A program made the position numbers and the translations under genes. From Balanoglossus misakiensis (lineage: Eukaryota; Animalia; Hemichordata), in NCBI GenBank assembly GCA_040954595.2, contig CM082596.2, positions 9,258,461-9,322,460 of the forward strand: 64,000 nt of DNA. Direction: 5' to 3'. A model generated the notes under the pieces. It was given only the letters and a program-made list of their open reading frames with translations, ran no database searches and was not told the DNA's origin. Shown piece after piece: positions 1 through 13,529 of this stretch (positions are counted from its first letter, which is position 1; every line of letters starts with the position of its first letter).

Positions 1-26
1 AGCACATAGCAACATAGCAATAAGCA

Positions 27-800
27 TATCTGCTCTGGATGCCAAGATAATTAATGAGATATGCAGGTGTCACAAGTGACCCCAAATTTTGGCTTTTCAA
101 TTTTAGTCCCAACCCTCCAAATGCCAAGTCTGTACCTGCTCTGGATGCCAAGATATGATAAAGTAGGTCAAAGGTCACCTGAGGTCATGCAAAATTTGGG
201 CAAGAAATTTTGACCCTATACTGGTCCAGGTTCAACAAAAACCAAACCTATAGCCCTATTGGTTAGCCTGGAATTAGGTATGCACATAATTAATGAGATA
301 TGAAGGTGTCACAGGTGACCCCCAATTTTGGCTTTTCAATTTTAGTCCCAACCCTCCAAACGCCAAGTCTGTACCTGCCCTGGATGCCAAGATATGATAA
401 AGTAGGTCAAAGGTCACCTGAGGTCATGCAAAATTTGGGCAAGAAATTTTGACCTTATACTGGTCTATGTTCAACAAAAACCAAACCTAGCCCTATTGGT
501 TAGCCTGGAATTAGGTATGCACACAATTAATGAGATATGCAGGTGTCACAGGTGACCAATATTTTGGCTTTTCAATTTTAGTCCCAACCCTCCAAATGCC
601 AAGTCTGTACCTGCTCTGGATGCCGAGATATAGGAAAGTAGGTCAAAGGTCACCTGAGGTCACCCAAAATTTGGGCAAGAAATTTTGACCCTATACTGGT
701 CCATGTCCCACAAGAACGAAACCTCTAGCCCTATTAGTTAGCCCGGAATTAGGTATGCACATAATTAATGTGTTAAGCAGGTGTTACAGGTGAGCCCAAA
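27..800. repeat. ~239-bp tandem repeat, about 3 copies, internal to the Helentron-type element
   Basis: gaaattttgacc(c/t)tatactggtc recurs near 204, 443 and 680. Confidence 0.9.
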
Positions 801-1261
801 ATTTTGCCTTTTATTTTGGCCCCATTGTGCTCACTGACCAATAGACAGTCACTGTACAGGACTATTGCACAGACCAGAATTCCACAATAAGACGTGGACA
901 TAGCTTAACCATAGAGGTATAAGTAAAGGTATAGATTTAATAAAAAGACTAAAAAATTCATAAAAAATAAAACATCGATGATATTAACTTAACACTTACA
1001 GGTTGATGTGAGGTTGACATATTGTACATGCATACCAATTTTTAAAGCAATCTGACGAGTAGTTGTTGACTTTCAGAGTTTTGATAAATTTCACATTTTT
1101 CCAGCTAATTTGCATATTTTTGGGCCTGGCAACTTCGTTTGGACAAACTCCCATCTACAGCCCAGCCTGCACCTACACACCAAATATTGAGGTGATACTC
1201 GCAGCGGTTTTCAAGTTTTTGATGTGGACGGACATACAGACATACATCCATCCATACATCC

Positions 1262-1602
1262 TGTTGCGGTATTTTAGATGAACAAGGTTCCTTAAATGAT
1301 GTCTGACACGGACGACCAACGTAAAGTGCAAAAGGCACGTTTATTGCAGAAATAGCCGGTGTTAACTACTGAACCGCTAGAACCCAACTGATGAGAAAAT
1401 TTCCAAAGTTGCAAAGGAACATGAGGCGGACGTAATAACAAGCACAAATTGCTACATTGAGAGGGTGAACTCGAAGTGTGATTGGGCGTAGTAATGAAAG
1501 TGCCTGATTGGCCCAAAGTGATCTCTATCAGGATCCGCATAGTGATGCAAGGTTTTGGGTATACTATAGAATGTTCAAATAACAGTTATTTGTTCTCCGA
1601 CA
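1262..1602 (-). repeat. 3' LTR (341 bp)
   Basis: tgttgcgg...ctccgaca; no differences seen by eye versus 8558-8898. Confidence 0.97.
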
Positions 1603-1615
1603 TTCTCCCGCCGCC
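1603..1615 (-). other. Polypurine tract
   Basis: GGCGGCGGGAGAA on minus, abutting the 3' LTR. Confidence 0.85.
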
Positions 1616-1741
1616 GAAAAAAGTCATCAGAAAGTCTAAATCTAAAAGAACAGAAAATCGCAAAGGCTCAATCGATGTTGAGTAAACTCTGATGCAATGA
1701 AAGTTTGACTAGTCAATAAAGTGTCAAGTTGTGTTGAATGT

Positions 1742-4700
1742 CTAAACAGAGTCAGAAATTCTGATCCTCGCTGCAATGGCCGCATCTCTGGTCGATCTCC
1801 TAGGGATGGGCGCGGGCGGATCATTGGATTCCTCTGTGGTGGCATTCCGAGTGATGTCCTCGTTTCCATGGGGATCGGAGTCCGTAGACGACGTAGATGA
1901 CGACAGTTCCTGCGAAGCCACCTCCAGCGGGTACAATTTGTGTATGGGGCGGTTAGTGTGTCCTCTGGCAGTGGAGACTTCCGCTGACCGCACAAGTTTA
2001 TCACGGCCGTAGACAAGTCTTCTCACAGTTCCGAGTTGCCATTTCAATCTACGGTCGGTGTCACTGTGAATAATGACGACGTCACCAACTTTAATGACAT
2101 TGTTCTTGAGACCGGAAGCGGGGTGACGCTCACGTAAGGCTGTCAGGTACTCAGTCGACCATCTCTTCCAGAATTGGTTCTGGAGATTTGACAAATGTTC
2201 ATAGCGTCTGTTCAGATCGCAGTGGTTTCCGTAAGAGGGATCTCTGATCTCTTCATCGGAGACAGTGATGTATGGCAATGAGGTCAGAGGTCTGCCGCAC
2301 AACAGGTGATTTGGAGTCAAGCTGATGTCATCATCGGCATTCGAAGACACGAAAGTGAGTGGGCGGTCGTTCAATACCGTCTCGATTTCGGTGATTACTG
2401 TGACAAGTTCGTCGTAGGTGACGAAAGATCTACCAAGAACTTTCTTTATAGTGTTCTTAGTGATACCAATAAGACGCTCCCAGAAGCCACCATACCATGA
2501 GGCACGTTTGGGAATAAATGTCCAACTGACGCGTTGAGATGAAAGATAGCGTTGGACGTCAGGTGTGTCGAGTAATGCGCGTATCTCTTCGGCTGCAGAG
2601 ATATATGTAGACGCGTTGTCGGATAACATGCGACTTGGGAGAGATCTTCTCGCCGCGAAACGACGGAACGCGAATATGAATGATTTAGTGGTCAAATCGG
2701 GTACCAATTCTAGGTGTATCGCGCGCGTAACTGCACAAGTAAAGAGACACACGTAGGCTTTCTTGTGTTTACCATCAGTTGTTTTGGTCAGGAGTGCTCC
2801 CGTGAAATCTACTCCTGTCACGCAGAAGGGTGGAGTAACGTTCACACGATATGTACAGTCGGCCCGATCGCCAAAAAAGGAAATCTCATGAATATTTAAA
2901 TTTGTGTCAAAGGTAACGTTCGCCCAATCAGAAATATGCACAAATGACACGCGCGAAGGAATGTCAACAAGGCCAGTGCCTTTTGCTGCCACTGATATCC
3001 TGAGGCTGTCTCATGTGTCTTGCATTTATACTAGGTAACCTCTCCGCCCGCCAAGCTCTTGGTATCCGAATAGACCTTGGCAGAACAAATCCTTAGACCG
3101 TGGACGCATGGGTTTGTTAGGGAAACTTTGGTCGATCCAACAACCCGTGCGAGCCGACGATGACTCGGTAAATGCATCCAGTAAACTTTGGGCCTCACTT
3201 TTCAGTGTCAATGCGGCCAAGTATAACGATCCATACTTGTGCTAGTCGGACTATATCAGCTACATGTATGGTATAAAGACGCAACTGATACAGGGGCAAC
3301 AGCGATACTCGTAGTAAACTCGTAGTACGGTGACTGAGTGTGCATGAGCGGTGAGCTATTGCGCGGCGCGTATGTTGTAATATAATTTACGTTTGGCGAG
3401 GTTGCTAACAGTTTCCAAGTTGACATCGCACATTCATGAGGTAATCGTCATATTTTGTGAATTCGACTCTTTCTTTCATTTACGGTAATTGGTAATTGTG
3501 AATAAAAAATCATGAAACTTTTGGATCGAGAGTGACTGAGCCGCGGCCTAGCTCACGCACAAGATTGTTATCATCGCCGTTGTGCACGGAGCTCCGTGTG
3601 TACATGTATATATAGTGAGGACCTGGGCATGGCAGAAATTATCAGTTGTCGCTAAAAAACGCAACGGTCGATTTCAAAACGCATCGGTAGATCGCTAGAG
3701 CGTGTATCAATGTGTCCTCGGACAAAATCCTGGGCATTTAGGCGACGTAGATTTTATTTAATTGAACTAAGACCCCGCACTAAAACTTCAGAAGCATACA
3801 AGAATAGCCATCATCGCCGTTGTCAACAGTGGGGACTTGGGCATGGCAGAAATTATCAGCTGTCGCTAAAAAACTCAACGGTCGATTTCAAAACGCATCG
3901 GTAGATCGCTAGAGCGTGTATCAATGTGTCCTCGGACAAAATCCTGGGCATTTAGGCGACGTAGATTTTATTTAATTGAACTAAAACTACGGGTATGCAT
4001 ATTTTCTATAGAAATGATATGCATGAGTCGAAAACCAGGAATCTGATTGGGCGAAACGTTACCTTTGACACCTTATTTAAATATTCATGAGATTTCCTTT
4101 TTTGGCGATCGGGCCGACTGATGTAGGCAACGGTGCCTGAACCGGGCTGGTGTAGGGTCTTCCGTCTATCTTGAGACACGTGACACAGCGACGGAGAACA
4201 CTGCTGACGATTCGACGTATTTTAGGTATCCAATACTGTTGACGTATTTGTGTGACAGTTGATTGGACACCACCGTGTAGAACTCGATCGTGCGCTTTCA
4301 GAATGATCAGTTTAGTCAATTCATGACGAGTCGGCAACAAAGCTGGAAACTTTGTTACAAAGTCTAACGTAGTGTTGTGTATACGGCTACCGCATCGAAG
4401 TATGCCTTCATCATCGAGGAATAAATTCAGTTGACGAATTAACGGTCCGTATTTCTTTGCGTTCATCTTCACGGAGTGAATAGTGTCACCGTAGACTTCG
4501 GTTTGTACATCCTTGATCCACATCCGTTCTGCATGCCGTATTTCGTCTGGCGTGATTTCTCCAGACGGTGTGATTTCCGTTCGTTTCAGACGCGATATGA
4601 AACGTAGCACGTACGCGGTAACTCGTAACAGTTTGCCTAATGAGCTGAAGCGCGAAATGTCTATGGCGCGTTGGATGCCCATTTCCTCTTCGGGAGTATT

Positions 4701-7700
4701 TTCCGCGGTAGGCGAGGCAGCGTTTTCAGAAGTTTGATTATGAGCGCGGTCAACATCTTGCATTCTATCATCGATCTGCGGATTAGTTTCTATGTGAGCG
4801 CGAACCATGAAGTCGTCTGTTGCCGCGACGTGGTGTACAGAGCTATCATATAGGTCACAAATCGGCCATTCACCGGATTCTTTCAGCCAAGTAGGGCCAT
4901 TCCACCATAAAGTAGAATTGGCGAGTTCGTCTGATCTGATTCCGCGTGTTAACAGATCAGCGGGATTGTCACCGGTGGGGCAGTATTTGTAGACGTGAGG
5001 AAAACCGTTGATTTCCTTTACGCGGTTGTTCACGAAGACGGGTAGTTTTTTCTCACTGTTGATCCAATAAAGGACGATTTGACTGTCCGACCAGAGATAT
5101 TGTCTGTAATATTGATCTTGTTGGAGAGTGCGTTTACGACGAATTTGCTCAGGCGAGTACCGATCACGGCGGCCATCAATTCTAACCGTGGTAAGGTCAA
5201 GTCCGACATAGGCGCGACGCGTGTTTTGGCCATTATGATAGAAGTCTCACGCGTTCGTGGGTCGCGAAGATAAATTACTGCTCCGTACGCAGTTGTGCTG
5301 GCGTCTACGAAAACGTGTAGTTCGTAGTCATCGCCATATCGATTTGTCGAGAAATATTGGCGTGGTACTGTAGTGTCCCGTACAGTATTCAGATCATTGG
5401 CGATTCGAGTCCACTGAGAAATCAGATCAGCGTCGAGTGGCTCGTCCCAAGGGAGACCGCGTTTCCATAGCGACTGAACAAAGAGTTTCGCTCTGACATG
5501 AACTGGGGCGAGAAAACCAAGTGGGTCAAACAATTTAGCCGCGGAACTAACAACATCACGTTTTGTCGTTAGCGCGGTGGGAACCGGTGTCTCATCCTGC
5601 TTTGTGTAAGTTACCGTGTCGGTTTCGGGTTTCCAGCGTAATCCGAGTAAGGACACGTCTGTTGAGAGTTCAGCGATATTGTCCCGTTCAGCGAGTTCGC
5701 GTAACTGTAAACTGTTGGACGACCAAGCGCGTAGTTTGAACCCGCATGTCTGCATGAGTCGGTTAGCTTCATTGAAATAGGAAACCGCGTTTTCATCAGA
5801 GTCAGCGCCGTCGATCACGTTGTCGACATAAATGTTGCGCTTCAAGTCAGCTGCTGTGGGCGTGGGAGTGTTACTCTCTAGGTGAGTTTTGATCACGGCG
5901 TTAAGAATAAACGGCGAGCATGCCGCTCCGAAAAGGACCGATTTGAACTGATACACATCAAAGTTGCTTTCGGGGTCACGAATGTCCGACAACCAAAGAA
6001 ATTTGGTGTATAGGCGTTCTTCTTCTTCGAGGCGGATATTTAAGAAGGCCTTTTCGATATCACTAGTAAAGGCGACACGATTGGCGCGGAATCGCAGCAG
6101 TATACCGGGTAAATCGTTTATCAGAGAAGGTCCGGTTTGGAGACAGTCATTCAAACTCGGTGAATCTGGACCTTGCTTTGCGCTGCAGTCGTACACGATG
6201 CGAATTGGGGTGGTGACAGAGTCTTTCTTGACTGCGCGGTGGGGTAGATAATGTCCTTCGGTTTTGTTGTCGATGTCGACCTTTTCGACGAAATCGCGGC
6301 GAACTTGATCAGAAATAATGTCATCATATGTTTTTGTCAGCTCGGGTGACAAACGGCGGACCATGGCACGCGTGCGGCTTTCCGTTGTAGAGTAGTTGCT
6401 AGGCAACGGTGGGTGATCAATCTTCCACGGTAAACGTGCGACATATTTACCCTGTTCAACACGTAGGTGTGTGTCGCGATATGTTTCAAAGTCAGTGTTT
6501 TCGTTCTCTCGCGTTTCTGGTTTCACTCCGATGAGCTCTAAGTCCCAGTAGCTTCGGATGGCGTCTTCAGCGATGAGCGTTTCGGCGTTTGCATGGAGCA
6601 CATGAAAGTCAGAGTCCGTTTTCCCGCCCTTTTCGGTAGGGCCTGACAGCAAGTAGCCGAACTTGGACGAAACGGCAGTCGGGCCTGCTCCGCGAACGAT
6701 GTGGTTCCCTACAAAGTTCCAATACTGATCGGCTCCGATGAGAACGTCAATTTCGATTGACTTCGCGTTTGTAACTGGGAAGGCGAAATGCAGTCCCCGT
6801 AGATACTCGGCGTTGTGTATTTCCGCGGACACATGATTAGTCAAGTTCGATGAAATCGCGGGAATTATCAAAGCGTTGATAGAACTAGTATTTCCGTCTA
6901 GCTCATGCAAAGTTATCGTAGCGTTTTTCATTGTGTGAATTTGTTCGGCGTTTCCCCCAAAGGTTGAGAGTTTCACGTTTTCTGGGGTGTCCGGCTTTAA
7001 GCTGAGTTTCTCCGCGAATCGTTGAGTGACAAAGGTTCTGTTTGCCCCTTCGTCGAACAGTACGTTGGCACGGATAGGTTTATCCCCTCGGGAGGACATG
7101 GGGATGACGGCGGTTTTCAATAGAACGGGTCCGTTCAATGGAGTGTATTTCTCACGCGTATTGTCTGTCGCGAAGGACACGTGTACTTCAGCAGAATTTG
7201 AAGTGTCTGTAGTACCGGCAGTTTTGCTCGGAGTTGCATCTTTTTTCACGGCGGTTGTACCCAGTTGGGTGTCGTGTAAAGTAGAATGGTGTCTACGTTT
7301 ACAAATCTTGCAAGAATATCGCGATTTGCAGTCGCAAACTCGATGTTTGCCGAGGCAATTGAAGCAGAGGCGATCTCGTTTGACTATGTCTAGTCGGCGT
7401 TTGGTATCGGTGATGACCTGGCAATCACTCGTGTAGTGATTCCCCTTGCAAAACACGCATGTTTTGGGCTTGGGTGGGTGCGTCGAGCGCGGACGCGGCG
7501 TGGAATCGACGTTAGCGTGAAACGTAGCTGTGATATCGGGTTGTGTTGTGGCGGTCACAACCGAAAGTTCATCGAGGGGTTCTCCGGCTTGCATGGCGTC
7601 GATCTCTCGTAGAATTGCCTGGCGTAACTCAGGTAGAGTCCAGGCCTTTTTCCCATGGTCTCGGGCTATCTGTTTCCGAATGTTGTTGGGCAGCTTGTCG

Positions 7701-8524
7701 CGAATCATCGGAACGAGCAGTTCTCCGTAAGTGTTCTCTTGTTTTCCAAGCGACTGTAGTCCACGAACATGACTTTCCAGCGTGTCATAGAAGAGGCGGA
7801 GGCTGGAAATGTCGCTTGTCGGCTGAGGTAGCTGCCACAACGCTGTCATATGCGCGTCGATGAGCAAGTGCTTTTGACCGTATCGATCGATGAGGAGTTC
7901 TATGGCGTGTTCATAGTGGTCGCTCGTCAAGGCGAGACCACTAATAGTACGGGCAGCTTCGTCGGTTAAGACGCTACGCAAGTATGTGAACTTCTGAATG
8001 TTATCCATACCGCTATCGTTATGGATGGTCGATTGGAAAATGTCAAAGAAACTCGTCCACTCGAGTACGTTACCGGAAAATGTCTTCAGTTGTAGTTTCG
8101 GCAGCGCGACTGTTTTCTTCGCTGTCTCTCCTCGAGGTGGATTGGCGATGGTCGAAGACGTATCGTTGGTTGGCCTGTTGCTCTCGATGAAAGCGGTGAT
8201 CTGGTAATTTCTTTCGAATATCTCGGACAGGTAGTCGCCAGATGCTTCGTTTGCGGCATCGTAGCTCTCTTCGTCGGTATTGTCCAAGACGTCTTCTTCG
8301 ATCTTGACGATAGTTTCGTACTTCTGGGTGAGTTGGGTGCTCAAAGCGGTGAGTAGCCTGTGTACTTCAGTTTTGTTCGCGGCTGTGGCGAATTCTTCTT
8401 TCAGACTATCGGCTCGGTTGAAAAGCTTCGTGATTTGGGCGCGTTGCCCCCGGCGCTTGAGCTTCAGTTTGGTCAACTTGTCGCCTCCAGTTGGTTGCTC
8501 AACTTGTTGTTCGTCGCTGGACAT
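1742..8524 (-). pseudogene. BEL/Pao gag-pol polyprotein with a frameshift near 5100 and an insertion at 2856-4120
   Basis: Gag LPKLQLKTFSG; three Cys/His knuckles (CVFCKGNH, CFNCLGKH, CKICKRRH); protease LFDEGA; RT DIEKAF/YVDN; RNase H FVDAS, LELMA, then WSDSQIVLYWI in a shifted frame and NPADLLTRG; integrase HHCC, GVDF, SDNA, WERL. Confidence 0.95.
2856..4120. mobile_element. Non-autonomous TIR DNA transposon with 5-bp TSD, inserted in the BEL integrase
   Basis: ~75-bp TIRs beginning CAGTCGGCCCGATCGCC. ATGTA is duplicated at 2851-2855 and 4121-4125, and removal restores APLPTYRVNV. Internal ~155-bp duplication (about 3614-3770 and 3828-3984). Confidence 0.93.
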
Positions 8525-8535
8525 CTTGTGAATTT

Positions 8536-8553
8536 ATCCTGGTCTCGGCACCA
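8536..8553 (-). other. Primer-binding site (tRNA-His-like; tRNA-Phe possible)
   Basis: TGGTGCCGAGACCAGGAT on minus, 4 nt after the 5' LTR. Confidence 0.85.
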
Positions 8554-8557
8554 AAAA

Positions 8558-8898
8558 TGTTGCGGTATTTTAGATGAACAAGGTTCCTTAAATGATGTCT
8601 GACACGGACGACCAACGTAAAGTGCAAAAGGCACGTTTATTGCAGAAATAGCCGGTGTTAACTACTGAACCGCTAGAACCCAACTGATGAGAAAATTTCC
8701 AAAGTTGCAAAGGAACATGAGGCGGACGTAATAACAAGCACAAATTGCTACATTGAGAGGGTGAACTCGAAGTGTGATTGGGCGTAGTAATGAAAGTGCC
8801 TGATTGGCCCAAAGTGATCTCTATCAGGATCCGCATAGTGATGCAAGGTTTTGGGTATACTATAGAATGTTCAAATAACAGTTATTTGTTCTCCGACA
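8558..8898 (-). repeat. 5' LTR (341 bp)
   Basis: Direct repeat of 1262-1602. Confidence 0.97.
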
Positions 8899-9612
8899 CA
8901 TCCATACATACATCCATACATACATACAGACGCAAAAGATCCCATAAGGTCCTATGGTATATATGCCTTTACCAATGGGACCTAAAAATCAGTCAGGGCC
9001 CTGCGTTAGACCAAGCTTTGCTATAGAACAGGCAGCACCGCAGTTGCCCTTAGGAGTAGAAGAAAGGAAACGGTATGGCACGATCTTCACCAGGAACGTA
9101 ATTCTCCGCGAAAAAAAACAATCAAACTCTTTAAAGATGACCAAATAAATGACATCAATCGACGCCTATAGTCCTCCGACATTAAATGAGCGACTTTGGT
9201 ACCTGAAAAAAACGGCAATTGATACCGTATCTGGACCCCTAAATTTTGTCTCGTCCTCCCGACACTTGCTGCACACACTCGGCTATCTTTAAAGGCGGAG
9301 CTTCCCTATATGTAGGGGTAGCCAAATGGTGTTGTTCATTGTGTAAATTGACTCAGAAGGGTTTACACGCGGACACACGCTCCCGAGAATGCATGATTTT
9401 CCGAAGTTTTCGACCGCAAAATCCTTCACAATGCATACAAATTCCACCACTAATACGTATCTAAGGTTTTTCACCAATTCAACATTATCTGACCACATTG
9501 CATTTCACGTGCCAACGAGTAAATTTGTGCAATTGTACCATTATCCACGATTAATGTAATGTGTTAGATAAAACGTAATACACTTATTGCCTTCACAATT
9601 ATTACTGTACTA

Positions 9613-9680
9613 CTCTCTCTCTCCCTCTCTCTCCATCTCTCTCTATCTTCCCTCCCCATCTCTCTCTCTCTCTCTCTCTT
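9613..9680. repeat. (CT)n microsatellite
   Basis: Imperfect CT run. Confidence 0.9.
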
Positions 9681-11142
9681 ACTGAGTTGAGGGAGACACT
9701 TTGCAGTTTAACACCGGTCAATAAGCTACAACTTTGAACGTTTTTTCTACCCGCCAACTTCGTGTTCGATAATAACATCGGCACTTATAGACATCTACAG
9801 GGATTCGATGAGTAGGGAAAATTGAAACTGACTGTTCATCGAAAATACAAAAAATGAGGAGCTTACTTAGACTGCTGTCTATTGCTTATATTTTAAAAGT
9901 TGGTAAACTGTTCCAAAATATAGCTCCACGCTAAAAAGAGAACTGTCCAAGATGCATGACTTCTTATATTTTCCATTTCCAGTAAACATCGCAGTACTGT
10001 GCGTGTGAGATTTTATTCTGGTGTTGCCCGGTGTGTGTATGATTTACTCATATACATTGCTTTTACAATATACAACCACTGAATGTTAAGGGTTTTTGCT
10101 GACGAGGTCTTTGTGCAAACCGACAGACATTCATTCGCCGCCGTATGTGACTCACCAAACGCTACGTAGGAAAGGTATGGTATTCTACAAAGAACCATTG
10201 TCCTCCAAGCCGTGTACTATGAACTGGGTGTATCCCGTGTTTGGACCAACGCAATCTATAAGTGTTAGGATGAAATTTGGTACAATATATTTTAGTGAAC
10301 ATCAATACCAAATCACCAGTCTAAGCTTGTCCTTCAAAGTTTCAGATATCAATGACAAATGCATACACACACGGAGACACACATATATCTGTACCAGACA
10401 CCCCTCGTGCTTTCCACAATGTGACACAATCACCAAATGCAGCCTAAAGTGAACAAGAAGTGGGGAAGAAGTGGGCCCAGGGTGGAAATGGGTCTTATGT
10501 TTTCGCATTGTAAGGCTCTTAAAAACGTCACTATATATCGTGCTGAATCTTTTTAAAGCAATGTGGTAGTTGTCTGGTAATCAGTCTGTTTTATCTACTC
10601 ATCAAGTATCTTCTCTTCAAGTTGTCTTTCTACATCGGCTTTATTTCTGTCATGCTGTTAATTGAAGAAACATACATAAATCTACACGGGGTAATCATGT
10701 CATTAATACGTATTGAGAGAAAAGTTTAGTCAATGTTATTGCAGCAAATATTTATTGTACGAAAAGCTGACAAAATATGCTACATTGGAAGGAGATTTGT
10801 CGCACACTTGATACAGTTGGACGAAGTATCAATAAATACAAGTACCTACCCCACACTGTACAACCATGCAGTAAATATTTTTGTCTAAACAATCACTTCT
10901 CTCAACGTCGGCTCGGTTGCACAAAGTCCATGATTTTTGTTACAGCTTCGTCAACATGCAAAACCAGGCCTGCACAAATCATTGCAGGGTGAAATCCCAC
11001 CTCAATCCTGCAAATTGTGGGGGGTGTGGGGGGGGGGGGCTCGTCGGAAAGATAGGGTGTTCATATAGTGAAGGGCGAATGCCAGACATTGACATGTTAA
11101 TCACTGTCTATCAGCACAGTTCGTGCTAACCGTTTTTTTTTC

Positions 11143-13529
11143 TCACGAATACCACCGAGATTTGTCATTTGAGATAATTTTGTAACCGTGAATCGAAGTG
11201 TTATGCGAGCGAACTGGATAGGTCAGAAGTAGTTTTATATGATAAGAGAAACATATAACAGGAAGAAACATAAGTAAAATATAGGAAACTACTGTACAAA
11301 ATGAAACATTGTAATAGAGAAATAATTACGACCAAACCTATATACCATATCACGGGACAAAACCAACATGTACGTGGTCAGTAGAAAAATCAAACACGCT
11401 TATTGCTCAAATAAAACGGAATACCTTTCGTAGTTATTTTCTTTTCAAAACACGAAAACCTAACACTCGATATTAACTTCACATAAGTAACTTCCATAAT
11501 TCGCCCGGTATTCAACAAATGTGACAGAATTACGCCGTGTCAACATAATAAACAGACGTCCATTTTGTCGTCATTGGAGTGACTTGCTTGTCAGCCTTAT
11601 CACTAGTTTAAAGTTAACAGCTCGTTTCTTTCACAGCTGCTCTATATAGTCTACAACGACACGATAAAGGGAATGCAATGTTATCCCCACAATTACAAGG
11701 TATTGGTATATTTACCACTGTGACGGATTTGCAGAGGTGTGGTTAAACAAATGCCATAAATAAATAAAACCCACTTATGCAACCATGTAATGAAGTGTGA
11801 AGTATGCGCAAAACATTTCATTCTCAGCTATGGTTACACGCTGCCCTTTTGTACCTTTCATAAAAAGTAAAGAAATTTATGAACTACTACTAATCCCACA
11901 TTACACAGTCACAATGGCCCTTAACAAGAGTTTTGGCGGAATTATAGGTGTTGGTATATTGGTGGGGCTTTCATTCTTGAGCAGACACATTAAAATCATG
12001 GCTACCAGTTGAGATTTGATCCAATACTTTACTAATGTATTATTTTGCTACATAAAGTGACATATTTATCATATTCATACCAAACTTTAAACGAACCTCA
12101 CGAATACCACTGAGATTTGTCATTTGAGATAATTTTGTAACCGAGAATCGAAGTGTTATGCGAGCGGACTGGATTGGTTCAGAAGTAGTTTTATATGATA
12201 AGAAAAACATATAACATGAAGAAAACATAGAATATAGGAAACTACTGTACAAAATGAAACATTGTAATAGAGAAATAATTACGACCAAACCTATATACCA
12301 TATCACGGGACAAAACCAACATGTACGTGGTCAGTAGAAAAATCAAACACGCTTATTGCTCAAATAAAACGGAATACCTTTCGTAGTTATTTTCTTTTCA
12401 AAACACGAAAACCTAACACTCGATATTAACTTCACATAAGTAACTTCCATAATTCGCCCGGTATTCAACAAATGTGACAGAATTACGCCGTGTCAACATA
12501 ATAAACAGACGTCCATTTTGTCGTCATTGGAGTGACTTGCTTGTCAGCCTTATCACTAGTTTAAAGTTAACAGCTCGTTTCTTTCACAGCTGCTCTATAT
12601 AGTCTACAACGACACGATAAAGGGAATGCAATGTTATCCCCACAATTACAAGGTATTGGTATATTTACCACTGTGACGGATTTGCAGAGGTGTGGTTAAA
12701 CAAATGCCATAAATAAATAAAACCCACTTATGCAACCATGTAATGAAGTGTGAAGTATGCGCAAAACATTTCATTCTCAGCTATGGTTACACGCTGCCCT
12801 TTTGTACCTTTCATAAAAAGTAAAGAAATTTATGAACTACTACTAATCCCACATTACACAGTCACAATGGCCCTTAACAAGAGTTTTGGCGGAATTATAG
12901 GTGTTGGTATATTGGTGGGGCTTTCATTCTTGAGCAGACACATTAAAGTCATGGCTACCAGTTGAGATTTGATCCAATACTTTACTAATGTATTATTTTG
13001 CTACATAAAGTGACGTATTTATCATATTCATACCAAACTTTAAACGAACCTCACGAATACCACTGAGATTTGTCATTTGAGATAATTTTGTAACCGAGAA
13101 TCGAAGTGTTATGCGAGCGGACTGGATTGGTTCAGAAGTAGTTTTATATGATAAGAAAAACATATAACATGAAGAAAACATAGAATATAGGAAACTACTG
13201 TACAAAATGAAACATTGTAATAGAGAAATAATTACGACCAAACCTATGTACCATATCACGGGACAAAACCAACATGTACGTGGTCAGTAGAAAAATCAAA
13301 CACGCTTATTGCTCAAATAAAACGGAATACCTTTCGTAGTTATTTTCTTTTCAAAACACGAAAACCTAACACTCGATATTAACTTCACATAACCAACTTC
13401 CATATTCGCCAGGTATTCAACAAATGTGACAGATTTACGCCGTGTCGACATAAACAGACGTCCATTTGGTCGTCATTGGGGTGACTTGCTTGTCAGCCTC
13501 ATCACTAGTTTAAAGTTAACAGCTCGTTT
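11143..13529. repeat. 953-bp tandem repeat, about 2.5 copies
   Basis: Near-identical short ORFs at 11797/12750 and 12040/12993 (offset 953); unit starts near 11143, 12097 and 13050. Confidence 0.95.

Larger units (their letters stand above)
1262..8898 (-). mobile_element. BEL/Pao LTR retrotransposon, full length but defective
   Basis: Two TG...CA LTRs, 5-bp TSD CATCC (1257-1261 and 8899-8903), PBS, PPT, and domain order gag-PR-RT-RH-IN. Confidence 0.97.
1..8988 (-). mobile_element. Non-autonomous Helentron-type (HINE/DINE-like) element or Helentron 5' arm, interrupted by the BEL element; other end lies outside the window
   Basis: About 180-1261 plus 8899-8988 is nearly colinear with the Helentron 5' arm at 55766-56940. 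It shares the ~239-bp repeats, the CATA/CATC microsatellite, and the terminal hairpin aggtcctatggta...taccaatgggacct followed by an A5 tract. Confidence 0.85.

Noticed and set aside
1742-2992. 416-aa ORF as a standalone integrase gene
   Set aside because: Its first ~45 codons come from the inserted TIR element; the rest is the BEL pol C-terminus.
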